A stretch of DNA of 64,000 nt from Spirochaetia bacterium (GTDB taxonomy: Bacteria > Spirochaetota > Spirochaetia > DSM-2461), in NCBI GenBank assembly GCA_963666985.2, contig CAXXIA010000002.1, positions 1,280,001 to 1,344,000 of the forward strand. The letters are read 5' to 3'. Positions 29,263 through 39,475 of this stretch are shown here, piece by piece. A model generated the notes under the pieces. The model had not been told where the DNA came from, made no database searches, and worked only from the letters and a program-made list of their open reading frames with translations. Each line of letters opens with the position of its first letter. Position 1 is the stretch's first letter. Both the position numbers and the translations under genes were made by a program.

Positions 29263-29479
29263 GAAATCCTCCGGGAGTTCGCGACAACGGACGTTGAAAC
29301 CCGGCCGTTCCCGACGGCGGACATCAAATCCGATTCCGCTTTACACCGTTAAGTATAGCCGAGGAGATCCGAATCCGGTACCGGGGCCGCGGTGCAACCC
29401 GGTTATACCGATATTCACAAACCCGTTAAGCCGAAAGAGCGGCCCCCAAGTCTTTCCCGAAACCGCCTTATTCCGCTCC

Positions 29480-32143
29480 TCAGGCGTACGAGGGTTCCCT
29501 TTCCTCCGCGGCAGGAGAAGAGAAACGTTCGGGAACGTGAATCAAATCCCGTGGTTTGGAACCGTTGGCCGGTCCGACGATTCCCCGCCGTTCCATTTCC
29601 TCCACCAGTCGTGCCGCGCGGTTGTAGCCGATTTTCAGCCGCCGCTGAAGATAGGACGCCGAAGCCTTGCGGGAACTCACCACGATTTCCAGAGCTTTTT
29701 CGTACATGGGATCGTCCGTACCGGCCGATTCCAGCTGAAAATCATCTTCATCCTCGTCGTCGAAGAACATTTCATCGTCCAGGTATTCCGGTTCGCCGAG
29801 AGTTTTCACATGCTCGGCCAGCCTCTCCACTTCCTCTTCGGCCAGGAAGGCTCCCTGCATTCGGGAGGGGAAGGGATCCCAGGCCGAGGTAAAAAGCATG
29901 TCGCCGCGGCCCAGGAGCTTGTCGGCGCCCATGGCGTCGATGATGATGCGGCTGTCGGTTTTCTGGGCCACCATGAAGGCGATGCGGCTCGGAAAGTTGG
30001 CCTTGATAAGACCGGTGATAACATCCACCGACGGACGCTGGGTGGCCAGGACCAGATGGATTCCGACGGCGCGGCTCATGGCCGCCAATCGGGCGACGAT
30101 GCCTTCAAGCTCCTTGCCGCTGGTAGCCATCAAATCGGCGAACTCGTCCACAATCACCACGATATAAGGCAGCGGTTCAGTTGCGAGCTTCCGGTCTTTA
30201 ACACGGCGATTAAAGGTTTTAATGTCGCGCACACCTTGAGTGTCCAGCAAAGAATAACGGCGTTCCATTTCATACAGGCACCACTGGAGGGCCTGAAGCG
30301 CCCTCTTGGGCTCGGTGATAACCGGAGTGAGCAGATGAGGAATATCGTTGTAGAGTTTGAGTTCGACAATCTTGGGATCGACCATGATCATCTTCACTTC
30401 CTGCGGTGTTTTGGAATACAGAACCGATGCGATGAGGGAATTCACGCAGACGGACTTGCCCGCGCCGGTGGCCCCGGCGATGAGCAGATGAGGCGTGCGC
30501 GTCAGATCGATCACCTGATTCCCTCCGCTGATGTCCTTGCCGAGAATAACCGGAATCCCGGCGTCGGATTCCCGGAACTCTTCCGATTCCACCATGGAGC
30601 TGAAAGAAACGATGGCCCTTTTTTTGTTCGGGACTTCGATGCCGATGGCGTGCTTGCCGGGGATGGGAGCGACGATGCGGACACGGCTGGCCGCGAGCCT
30701 GAGGGCGATGTTGTCCTGAAGATTCACGATACTGCTGATCTTCACGCCCGGCGAGGGTAACAGTTCGTACATGGTAATAACGGGCCCGCGGCGGATTCCG
30801 GTAACCTTGGCTTCGATTTTAAATTCCTTGAGGGTCTGCTCCAGAACCTCGGCGCCTCTTTGGGTGTTCTCGTCGATGGATTCGAAATCCGCATCGGGAT
30901 ACTCGGCCAGAACGCCTTCGACGGGAACCTCGTATTTCTTCTTACGGCGCGGTTTGGTTTTGGGCTTTGAAGGGGTTACGATGCCTTTCGGGGAGGTTCC
31001 CTGAGGCGCGAGTTTTTCCGAAATATCGTCGATGTCCCGATCTTCTTCGGGAAGAGTCTCCATCAAGTCCAAAGAATCGTCGTCTTCGTCGAAATCCATT
31101 TCGGAAAAATCGTCCTCTCCCGCCAAGAAAGCGAACGCGGGGTCCGGATCATCGGAAAGAACCTCATCGTATTCTTCCGCATCAGCGGTTTCTTGGATTA
31201 TCCCGCGGGGCGTTTGCGGTATCGGAGTCAGGTCCGAGGGCGGAGGAAACGCGGATGCGATAAGACCGCTATCCTCGAGGATTTCGATATCGTCCGAATC
31301 CTCTTCCGAGGCCGTGCCGTCGGCCGAAGCGGCCGGCGAGCCGCCGGCGGCCGGATAATCTGCGATACAATCGGCGCCGGCGGACGAAGACGCCGCGGCA
31401 TCAGCCGCGCCGCGGACGGCGGGTCCGAAGAGGGTTTTGCGAATCAGATCGGATAATTCGGGATCGGTCGGCGCGGCGGCCGGATGCACCGGCTTCTCGG
31501 GCGGCCTTTGAAACAAATCGGAAGGAACGTCTTCCTCGGCAAAGAGTTCTTCTCCGAGAGGTTCGGGCCGGTCCGGAAACGACGGAAACACCATGGAAGG
31601 TTTATCTTCGAGTGTCGGTTCGTCGTATCCGGCATATTCCGCGTTTTCTTCCGCTTCCCGAAGACCGAGGAAGATTGCCGCGCGGCGCAGATAAGATCCG
31701 ACTTCACCAAGATTGATTAAGCCGTCTTCCGGTTCCCGATAACGGCCCGCAAGTTTAATCATGCCGAGGATTTCCATGGCCAGCACAATAAACAATAAAA
31801 TCGTCGCGGGGATTTGTCCCAAGGCATCTATCAGAATCCGCGAGGCCAGAAGCTCGATGCGGCCGGCGGCCGTCTGAAGAACAAGAGCCGCGGTAAGAAA
31901 AACGATCGGCGAAAGCCAAAGCAGAAGTTTGGTTTTCTTGGGGAAGCGGCCGGTTTTCATTACCGCCCCGCAAATAAAAATCAGCGCGGGCACATAGAGG
32001 GCCGCGAGATGAAATTTCGCAAAAAGAAAGACTCCCGGGGCCGTAAACGCGGTTTCGGCGCCCATTGCCGCCATCAGGACGGCGAGGAAGAGATATCCGG
32101 CAAAAAAATGGCAAACATAATGCAGTCGTCTGGGCATCTGCAA
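29480..32143 (-). CDS. ftsK: DNA translocase FtsK
   Basis: N-terminal TMs, acidic linker, PHLLIAGATGAGKS, DEFADLM, ATQRPSVDVITG, and gamma domain LQRRLKIGYNRAARL. Confidence 0.97.
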   Translation of the reverse strand: MQMPRRLHYVCHFFAGYLFLAVLMAAMGAETAFTAPGVFLFAKFHLAALYVPALIFICGAVMKTGRFPKKTKLLLWLSPIVFLTAALVLQTAAGRIELLASRILIDALGQIPATILLFIVLAMEILGMIKLAGRYREPEDGLINLGEVGSYLRRAAIFLGLREAEENAEYAGYDEPTLEDKPSMVFPSFPDRPEPLGEELFAEEDVPSDLFQRPPEKPVHPAAAPTDPELSDLIRKTLFGPAVRGAADAAASSSAGADCIADYPAAGGSPAASADGTASEEDSDDIEILEDSGLIASAFPPPSDLTPIPQTPRGIIQETADAEEYDEVLSDDPDPAFAFLAGEDDFSEMDFDEDDDSLDLMETLPEEDRDIDDISEKLAPQGTSPKGIVTPSKPKTKPRRKKKYEVPVEGVLAEYPDADFESIDENTQRGAEVLEQTLKEFKIEAKVTGIRRGPVITMYELLPSPGVKISSIVNLQDNIALRLAASRVRIVAPIPGKHAIGIEVPNKKRAIVSFSSMVESEEFRESDAGIPVILGKDISGGNQVIDLTRTPHLLIAGATGAGKSVCVNSLIASVLYSKTPQEVKMIMVDPKIVELKLYNDIPHLLTPVITEPKRALQALQWCLYEMERRYSLLDTQGVRDIKTFNRRVKDRKLATEPLPYIVVIVDEFADLMATSGKELEGIVARLAAMSRAVGIHLVLATQRPSVDVITGLIKANFPSRIAFMVAQKTDSRIIIDAMGADKLLGRGDMLFTSAWDPFPSRMQGAFLAEEEVERLAEHVKTLGEPEYLDDEMFFDDEDEDDFQLESAGTDDPMYEKALEIVVSSRKASASYLQRRLKIGYNRAARLVEEMERRGIVGPANGSKPRDLIHVPERFSSPAAEEREPSYA

Positions 32144-32304
32144 GGAGCCTCCTCCTCCACATTATCGGAGCGAAAAAGAGCCTCTCTTAGCGATGAGAAT
32201 CAAGTTGAAATCGAAAATCGCCGACACGGCGAAAAGAAATCCGCCGCGTGGAAAGAACCCGGAAGAAAGAGGCGCTTTTTCAGAGAAGCATTGGCAGGAG
32301 AAAC

Positions 32305-33099
32305 TCAGAAGAAAATCAGTCCGCACACACCCGCGGGAATCAGATAAACGGCGAAAATCCACAGCTTTCCGTCGGCGATAAGCCAAAGAAGAAGCCGCAG
32401 CGAGGCGTAGCCCGCGGCCAAAGCGGCAAGAAATCCGACGGCGAGGGAGAGCACGGGAACGCTTTCGGTGAGTTCGGCCGCGTCCTTCAGAGTCAGAAGG
32501 AACGCTCCGCCCACGGCCGGAAGCGAAAGAAGAAATGAAAGCTCTCCGGCACTCTTGCGGTCCAGCCCGCAGAGCAAACCGGAACTGATGGTGCTTCCCG
32601 ATCGGCTCACACCCGGGAACACGCCGAGTCCCTGAGCGGCGCCCATGATAAGACTCCGCCCCCATCCGACCGAATTAAGATCGCGGGTGCCGCGGGAGCG
32701 TATCGTGGAGAGCAAAAGAACGGCGGTAACGAGAAGGAACGCCGAAACAACCCTGGGATTTTCACGGATCTCCACTCCGGAAATCATCAGTCCGATAACG
32801 GCCGTTACCGCGGAGGCCGCCGCCAGCTGTCCGGTCAGAATAAGGTTGGGACGATCCGTTTCGTCCGAACGGCGAACGATCAGTCGGAACAGGGAGACAA
32901 GAATGCCCCAAATGCGCTTTCGAAACACCCAGATAACAACAATCAGAGTCGCCATATGCAGAATAACATCGAAAAGAATAGGAATGCCTTCGATGTCCAT
33001 CAAAGCCCTCGCCAGAATCAAATGACCCGACGAAGATACGGGTAAGAATTCCGTTACACCCTGAAGTATTCCGAGCAGCATCGCCTGGACAGCGTTCAT
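32305..33099 (-). CDS. uppP: Undecaprenyl-diphosphate phosphatase
   Basis: QGVTEFLPVSSSGHL and PGVSRSGSTI motifs. Confidence 0.97.
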   Translation of the reverse strand: MNAVQAMLLGILQGVTEFLPVSSSGHLILARALMDIEGIPILFDVILHMATLIVVIWVFRKRIWGILVSLFRLIVRRSDETDRPNLILTGQLAAASAVTAVIGLMISGVEIRENPRVVSAFLLVTAVLLLSTIRSRGTRDLNSVGWGRSLIMGAAQGLGVFPGVSRSGSTISSGLLCGLDRKSAGELSFLLSLPAVGGAFLLTLKDAAELTESVPVLSLAVGFLAALAAGYASLRLLLWLIADGKLWIFAVYLIPAGVCGLIFF

Positions 33100-35273
33100 T
33101 CGGCCTCCTCATTTATCGGAACCATGGGAAGCCCCCAGCGCCGATGGAGAACCCCCGGAGGCTCTCCGGCGTAAAGATATCCGTAGATCGTCGCGGCGGA
33201 CAAGACTTTCCGCACATAAAAGCGCGGTTCAAGAAACGGAATGCTCGCTCCGAAAAGATCTTCACCCAATCCGCCGCTTTCCTGCCTCCAGGCTCGAACC
33301 CGGCCGCCTCCGGCGTTGTAAGAGGCCAGAACATCCACCCATCCGTCCGTCCATTCGCGCTCCCGCAGCCACTCCAGATACGCGGCGCCGAAATGAAGAT
33401 TCGTCGCCGGATCCATGGGGTCGGCATCGGAAGGGTACTTGAGCCGCCGGGCCCATTCCTCCCAGGTGGCGGGCATGAACTGGGAAAGCCCTTGCGCTCC
33501 GGAGCGGCTCACTGCATCCGCGTCCCAGGCGCTCTCGACACGGATTAATCCGTGAAACAATTCCGCGGGGAGTCCCTCGGCCTCGGCCGCTTCGGAAGCC
33601 ATATCCCCATAAGGCAGCGGGTAAACCAAAAGCAGATCGTCTCTTTGAGGAACGAATCCTTCCCGGGCAAAAAGCACTCCGGCCGCACGAATAGAGCGGC
33701 GCGGATCGGTTTCGGCAAGCGCCCTTGAAGTCCTGCGGACAATCCGGTCGGAATAGACATTCGGATCGGACATCAGAAGCTCGTAAGCGGTGTCGATTAA
33801 TCCCCAATCCAACAAAAGCGAAAGAACGGCCTCATCACCGTTCGGCGCGGGAATCCCGGCCGCGGAATCTATAGCGGACGCATCCTCCGCGGACGCCTTT
33901 CCACGACCTTCACGAACTTGCTCTAAATTCGGCGGAAGAATATCCAGCAGACCCGCGGCGCGGAGAGCGGGCCAAGAACGCGGCGCGGCCGAAGCGGCCT
34001 GTTCCAGATATTCCTTCGGCGATACGGAACCGTCCGTGCGGCCTTCCGCCGCGGCGAATGCCAGCAGCCACGCCGCGGTGGACCGTGCCGAAGAAGGCCA
34101 CAGCGCCCCCCACTCCTCGTAGCTGAGTTCCAGAGGTTTCCAATCCCCGCGGCGTACGCACCGATGCAGAAATTCTTCAACAACATCGCCGAATCGCTCC
34201 GGATTGCTCCAGGTTCCCGAAGCCCAGGAAAGAGCCGAAATTTCCTCTTCCGGTGAAATCGAAACATCCGCAAAAAGAACTTTAAGACGATTCCAAACGG
34301 CGCGGTCCCGTTCCAATCCGGGAGGAACGGCACCCGAGGCCGCAAGAAAAGACGCCGCCGACGCACGCGGATCTCCGGCCGACAGGTAAAGTTTTCCGGC
34401 CTGATAAGAAGCCGCATACCTTTTCGCAGAAGTCAAGGATTCGGCACTCCTGTCCAAAAGACGCGCCCAAAGCTCCTCTTTACCGGCCCGCATCGCCGCG
34501 GCGGTTATTTCGCCGAAAACGGGAGTGATTCCTTCGCTTTCACACGATACCGCGAAGGCTTCCGATTCCAGCCAATCCCGATATCCGGCCAATGCGGCCC
34601 GATCCTCTCCGGCGGCATAATTCTTCCTGGCTTCAAGAAGCCGAACATATCCGGTATCAAGAACCTCCGAAACTTCGGAAGGAAGCGGCGAGAGGGCCGA
34701 AGGATCGTCGCAGTGCGAAATAAATCTCTCCAGTTTCGCAATCACCGCCGGAGATTCGGGATTGTTCCCAAAAGCCGCGGCCATTACCGGTGTTTCCCAA
34801 CCTTCTCCCGTAAATGTTTCGAATTCCCGGAGCAGGGCCCGCTCCCGCCCTTCGGCCGCCAAAACCGCGATTCTCGCCCGGCGAAGATTCTCATTATTCC
34901 CCGAGGCCCGTTCGGCCCGGCGAAGAGCCTTCAGCGGATTGGGCAGAGCCCGGGGATTTTCAATCAGCAGAGCCGCGAGGGAGAGCGTTCCGAAGGGATG
35001 AGGATCATACTTGGCCGAACGAATCCGCATATCGAGGGCCACTTCGGGATAGCCGGCCTCTTCGGCGGCGGCGGCAAGCGCGAACCAGGCGCCTTCTCCG
35101 CCGACACGGCCGATATGAAGCAGTTCGGCCGGAGAGCCCGAAGCCGCCGAGACAAGGATATTCTCCGGGACGGCGGCGGAACGCTCAAGTGAATCGGAAT
35201 CACCAACGAGAGGACGGCAGGAGATCACCAGAAAAATAAAAAGGAAAGCGTATATCGAAAAATTTCGCGTCAC
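33096..35273 (-). CDS. Lytic transglycosylase (SLT domain) lipoprotein
   Basis: Lipobox VISC; LIRVESAW, SRSGAQGLSQFMPAT and ASYNAG motifs. Confidence 0.9.
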   Translation of the reverse strand: MTRNFSIYAFLFIFLVISCRPLVGDSDSLERSAAVPENILVSAASGSPAELLHIGRVGGEGAWFALAAAAEEAGYPEVALDMRIRSAKYDPHPFGTLSLAALLIENPRALPNPLKALRRAERASGNNENLRRARIAVLAAEGRERALLREFETFTGEGWETPVMAAAFGNNPESPAVIAKLERFISHCDDPSALSPLPSEVSEVLDTGYVRLLEARKNYAAGEDRAALAGYRDWLESEAFAVSCESEGITPVFGEITAAAMRAGKEELWARLLDRSAESLTSAKRYAASYQAGKLYLSAGDPRASAASFLAASGAVPPGLERDRAVWNRLKVLFADVSISPEEEISALSWASGTWSNPERFGDVVEEFLHRCVRRGDWKPLELSYEEWGALWPSSARSTAAWLLAFAAAEGRTDGSVSPKEYLEQAASAAPRSWPALRAAGLLDILPPNLEQVREGRGKASAEDASAIDSAAGIPAPNGDEAVLSLLLDWGLIDTAYELLMSDPNVYSDRIVRRTSRALAETDPRRSIRAAGVLFAREGFVPQRDDLLLVYPLPYGDMASEAAEAEGLPAELFHGLIRVESAWDADAVSRSGAQGLSQFMPATWEEWARRLKYPSDADPMDPATNLHFGAAYLEWLREREWTDGWVDVLASYNAGGGRVRAWRQESGGLGEDLFGASIPFLEPRFYVRKVLSAATIYGYLYAGEPPGVLHRRWGLPMVPINEEAE

Positions 35274-35297
35274 GTTACGGCTTACATCAACGGCCGG

Positions 35298-35834
35298 TTA
35301 AACGGCGCTGCGGGCGGTGCTGATTACGGACACGGGCGAATCGGCGGGTTCCCGCTTCCCCAAATTCGTAACGGCCAGGGTTAGAAAAAAGATGATTGTC
35401 AGACAGACCGCGACAAACAGCGTTCCGTAAACCCATTTGAGGGGTCCCTTTTTCCAGGAGCCTGATTTTTTCGGCGCTCCGATTCGATGAGAATGTTCCT
35501 CCGGCAAAATCATCTCCAGTCTTTCGGTTATACCGGTATCGACATGAGATACGGCCACGGAGAAGAGTCCGGTCGGCCCGCAGACGGCATCAAGCCGCAA
35601 TTCGATATTCCCCTCATCGGTCGGCAAATCCCTAAATCGGATTGTCCCTATTTCCACGGGCACCGAGCCGTCGGACGGATGATGGAAAAAATGCAAATCC
35701 ACTTCTTCCTGCCCCGGGACGGCGGGAACAACCGACAAATTCCGCGTATCGGGATCTCCATGTTTGAAAACAGGAAAATAATCACCGTCGGCAAGACGAA
35801 GGCTGATTCTCGTGGCATCTGATCCGTCATTCAT
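35298..35834 (-). CDS. Hypothetical membrane protein with an Hsp70 substrate-binding-like N-terminal domain
   Basis: ISLRLADGDYFPVF...VPAVPGQEEVDLHFF...IELRLD...GLFSVAV pattern; single C-terminal TM. Confidence 0.55.
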   Translation of the reverse strand: MNDGSDATRISLRLADGDYFPVFKHGDPDTRNLSVVPAVPGQEEVDLHFFHHPSDGSVPVEIGTIRFRDLPTDEGNIELRLDAVCGPTGLFSVAVSHVDTGITERLEMILPEEHSHRIGAPKKSGSWKKGPLKWVYGTLFVAVCLTIIFFLTLAVTNLGKREPADSPVSVISTARSAV

Positions 35835-35840
35835 ATCTCC

Positions 35841-35912
35841 ATCCTAGGATTACACTCTCCGGCTCGTCAAGAACCGGTTTTCTTGACAACACATAATTCG
35901 TATCGACATAAT
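35841..35912. promoter_or_regulatory. Back-to-back sigma70 promoters: (-) TTGACG-18-TAGGAT and (+) TTGACA-18-CATAAT
   Basis: The -35 boxes lie at 35865-35870 (-) and 35883-35888 (+); the -10 boxes sit 6 and 7 nt from the respective ATGs. Confidence 0.65.
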
Positions 35913-35919
35913 ACCTTAT

Positions 35920-37296
35920 ATGAGCTTTCTTCCGGTACTGATCATCTCATTGATTTCACTCTCCGCTGTTACCGCGGTTTCCATCGGGCTGAAATCAAAA
36001 AGCGATAAAAAAAAGCGGCACAGCGGTAAATCGCCGGTAAAAGACAGGGCTCAGATTCTCAAGGAAGCCAACCGCCGTTTGGCCTCCAACCCGAAAGATC
36101 CTCAGGCACTCGAATCCCTGGCCGATTTGTATTACGAGGAAGGCGAATACAAAAAAGCCATGCGGACTTATCAGCTTCTTCTGGATCAGGCCGGTTCGTC
36201 TTCGGATTTGGACCAGGCTCGACTGAACCTGCGCTACGGTCTTTCGGCCATGCAAATCGAAGCCTGGGGAGAGGCCTACAAGGGCCTGATGATCGCCAGA
36301 AGCCGGGATCCGGAAAACTTCGAAGTCAACGCGAACCTCGGCAAACTGGAATTCATGCGGAAAAATTACGAAAAATGCGCCGGATTCCTGAAAAAAGTTC
36401 TCCGCTCCCAATCGGATCATCCGGAATCGCTGAAGTATCTCGGAGAAAGTCTCTACAGACTGAAACGCTACAGCGAAGCCGTTCCGTATCTGAGACAGGC
36501 CGTGGCCGCACGTCCCGAAGACAAAGAAACGCTGTACGCCCTGGCCCGATGCCTTTATGAAATTCCTCAGCTTGAAATGGCGCAAAAAATCTTCCGTCAT
36601 CTGCGGACCGATCCGAAATGGGGTCCTAATTCCGCATTGTACTCGGGAACCATCTTTTCCAAAAAACGGGAATGGGAAGAAGCGGCCACCGATTATCAAA
36701 TCGGCCTGCGCCATGAAAACCTGACCGGAGAGCTCCAGCTCGAACTCAAATACCGGCTCGCCGAAGCCTTCAATCAGACAAACCGAATCGATCGAGCCTT
36801 GGCCATTCTCAATGAAATCTACGAAGCGGCGCCCGGCTACAAAGATGTCGCCACCCAGATTAAGCGCTACAGGGAATTAAATTCCAATAAGAATCTGCAA
36901 ATTTATCTTCTGGCTCCCACCAATCAATTCATCGCCCTCTGCCGGAAAATCACTCAGGTCGTGTTCCCGAAAGCCCGGATTAAAATAACCGATATGAACG
37001 TGCAGAAAACCGAGTATGTGGATTTATTAACGGAAGTTAAAACATCCAAATGGGAGGATATTATCCTTTTTCGGTTCATGCGTTCGGAAGGTCAGGTAGG
37101 AGAACTCTTCGTCCGGGATCTTTACGCCCATTCAAAGGAGCTTCACGCGGGCCGGGGATTCTGCTTTACCGCGGGCAACTTCACTTCCGAATCGGCAAAA
37201 TTCGTCGAGGCGCGGCTTATCGATTTGGTGGACAAACCGGCATTGATGAAGTACTTGAAATCCATCGACGCGAGCGCGCTGACGGAACCCGGCTGA
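35920..37296 (+). CDS. Membrane-anchored TPR protein with a C-terminal Mrr/restriction-endonuclease-like domain
   Basis: N-terminal TM, many TPR helices, C-terminal VGELFVRDLY...GFCFTAGNFT..A..FVEARLIDLVD. Confidence 0.8.
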   Translation: MSFLPVLIISLISLSAVTAVSIGLKSKSDKKKRHSGKSPVKDRAQILKEANRRLASNPKDPQALESLADLYYEEGEYKKAMRTYQLLLDQAGSSSDLDQARLNLRYGLSAMQIEAWGEAYKGLMIARSRDPENFEVNANLGKLEFMRKNYEKCAGFLKKVLRSQSDHPESLKYLGESLYRLKRYSEAVPYLRQAVAARPEDKETLYALARCLYEIPQLEMAQKIFRHLRTDPKWGPNSALYSGTIFSKKREWEEAATDYQIGLRHENLTGELQLELKYRLAEAFNQTNRIDRALAILNEIYEAAPGYKDVATQIKRYRELNSNKNLQIYLLAPTNQFIALCRKITQVVFPKARIKITDMNVQKTEYVDLLTEVKTSKWEDIILFRFMRSEGQVGELFVRDLYAHSKELHAGRGFCFTAGNFTSESAKFVEARLIDLVDKPALMKYLKSIDASALTEPG

Positions 37297-37395
37297 CCGG
37301 GTATCGACCGCGCCGCGTCCTTAAACCCAACAACCGATCCTTAAGTTCGGCGGGAATCGCCGGCGCTTAACGCTTCTCCATGGCGGCACATTCGG

Positions 37396-38064
37396 TTATT
37401 CGGTCCGATTCAGCCGCGCCTTCTTCGGCTCCAGCAGCACCAAATTCCGCTCATCGGCCATTCCGGGAACCGTCATCGGACGGATGTCCAGAAAACCGAT
37501 TTTCTCGGCGTTTTTCCGAAGCTCCTCATCGATAACCTCTCGGCGTCCTTTATAGGCCGCGATAACGCCTCCCGGAGCCAACAGCGGCGCAACGGTATCG
37601 ATCAGTTCGGCATCGATGGAGGCCCATGCCCTGAAGGTCACCACGTCGAAGAGAGCCTCTTTCGGATCGACATCTTCCACGGGCCCTTCGAGTATCCGAA
37701 CATTCGGCAATCCCAATACGGCGATAACGTTCCTTAAGAATCCCGCTCTTTTGCCTGAGCGTTCGATAAGAAAGAAATCCGTTTTGTCCATCCAGACGGC
37801 CAGAGGAATGCCGGGGAATCCCGCTCCGGATCCTATATCCGCGATTCGATGCGGGTCTCTTGCCGTAATCGCGGCCAGTCCGGAGAGACTGTCCAGCACA
37901 TGACGCCCAATCAAATCTTCACCGGCGGCCACCAAACCGTATCGGGGATTCCAAAGTTCAATTTCATCAAGAAATCGGATAATCTTCGCGGCCTTATTCC
38001 CTTCTCCGTCCAGGCCGAGCTTCCGCAGTCCGGACGACAGTATTTCAATTTGTCCTTCGTTCAT
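37396..38064 (-). CDS. rsmG: 16S rRNA m7G527 methyltransferase RsmG (GidB)
   Basis: HVLDSL, DIGSGAGFPGIPLA, KRAGFL and FDVVTFRA motifs; likely start MNEGQ at 38064. Confidence 0.95.
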   Translation of the reverse strand: MNEGQIEILSSGLRKLGLDGEGNKAAKIIRFLDEIELWNPRYGLVAAGEDLIGRHVLDSLSGLAAITARDPHRIADIGSGAGFPGIPLAVWMDKTDFFLIERSGKRAGFLRNVIAVLGLPNVRILEGPVEDVDPKEALFDVVTFRAWASIDAELIDTVAPLLAPGGVIAAYKGRREVIDEELRKNAEKIGFLDIRPMTVPGMADERNLVLLEPKKARLNRTE

Positions 38065-38080
38065 TCGTCCGCCGTCCGCT

Positions 38081-39475
38081 TTATTTACCGACACAGAATT
38101 CGGAAAAGAGAGTTTCAAGCACATCGGCCCGCGTTACCTCTCCTGTGAGCTCGCCCAAAGACTCCAAAGCATCGGTAAGGTCTTCGGCCAGAAGATCCAC
38201 GGGAACCTCATCAAGCCGATCCGCGCTGTCCAGAAAACGATCCAGGGCATCCGCGGCACGCTCCAGCAGCGCTTTCTGCCTTACCGAATCGATAACGGGG
38301 GCGTCCGCCTCCGGTGACGAGCCGCCGTGAAACGCCGCGTTTATAATCGCCTCTTCCAAATTTTTAAACCCGGCTCCGGTTACGGCACTGACGGGAATCC
38401 ATCCTTCCGGCGCTTCCGGTTCAAGGTCGCTTTTATTCCAAACACGGATAAGCCGCTCCCCGGCCTTTTTCCCCGGAACAGCCGCTTCTTCCCGCTCAAG
38501 TTCCCTCTCAAGAGTCAGGGCCGCATCAGCTCCCGCCGTTGCGTCCGCCACGGCCACAATCAAGTCCGAACCGGCGATGAGGTCCCGTGTTCTTTTCATG
38601 CCTTCCGCTTCGATGGAATCGGCGGCATCGGCCCGAAGACCGGCGGTGTCCGCCAGCCGCAGGGGAATGCCGTTCAGAGCCACCCAGGCTTCCACCCAGT
38701 CCCGAGTGGTGCCCGGGGTATCGGTGACGATGGACCTTTCTTCTTTGAGAAAAAGATTGAACAGTGAAGATTTCCCGGCATTGGCCGGTCCGGCGAAGGC
38801 CGCCAATAAGCCGTCGCGGTACAAACGTCCCGTATTCCATGTGCCGAGTATTTCGCGAAGCGCGGCGGCGGCGGCGGCGATTGATGCGGTATCGAAGGGC
38901 ACGGGTTCGGCTTCGTCTTCGGGATAATCCAGGGCCAGCGAGGCCGTCGCGGCCTGAAGACGCACCGTTTCCTTGACTCTATCGACAACATTCGCAACCG
39001 AGCCGGACAGACGGCCGACGGCCAAAGCCCTGGCCCTATCGGTTCTCGCATCGATAATTTCCCGAACCGCTTCGGCGCGCATCAAATCCATTTTCCCCGA
39101 GGCGAAGGCCCGAAATGTGAACTCACCGGGGCCTGCGTCCCGAAATCCGGCGCGCCTGAGAAGATCCATAATCCGATCGACCACGACGAATCCGCCATGG
39201 CAGGAAATCTCCGCCGAATCCTGGCCCGTGTAGCTCGCCGGAGCGCGGAACACCGAAATCAGCACTTCGTCGATGCGGTTTCCCTCTTCATCCAGAATCC
39301 AGCCGTGATGAACCCTTCCTCCCCGACTTCCGGTAAGGGCATCCGGGCGTGAGAAGAAACCGGCGACGGCTTCAATGCTTCCCAAACCGGAGGTTCTGAC
39401 AACGGCGAGAGCTCCCCGGCCCCTCGGCGTGGCCGTCGCCGCGATGAGGTCGTCGGTCCTGTAATCACCGGTCAT
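38081..39475 (-). CDS. mnmE: tRNA modification GTPase MnmE (TrmE)
   Basis: GEFTFRAF, GPANAGKSSL, GTTRD, DTAGLR, NKSD and C-terminal FCVGK motifs. Confidence 0.97.
   Translation of the reverse strand: MTGDYRTDDLIAATATPRGRGALAVVRTSGLGSIEAVAGFFSRPDALTGSRGGRVHHGWILDEEGNRIDEVLISVFRAPASYTGQDSAEISCHGGFVVVDRIMDLLRRAGFRDAGPGEFTFRAFASGKMDLMRAEAVREIIDARTDRARALAVGRLSGSVANVVDRVKETVRLQAATASLALDYPEDEAEPVPFDTASIAAAAAALREILGTWNTGRLYRDGLLAAFAGPANAGKSSLFNLFLKEERSIVTDTPGTTRDWVEAWVALNGIPLRLADTAGLRADAADSIEAEGMKRTRDLIAGSDLIVAVADATAGADAALTLERELEREEAAVPGKKAGERLIRVWNKSDLEPEAPEGWIPVSAVTGAGFKNLEEAIINAAFHGGSSPEADAPVIDSVRQKALLERAADALDRFLDSADRLDEVPVDLLAEDLTDALESLGELTGEVTRADVLETLFSEFCVGK

Noticed and set aside
29060..30760. 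566-aa plus-strand ORF
   Set aside because: Antisense to the ftsK motor domain; typical GC-rich shadow ORF.
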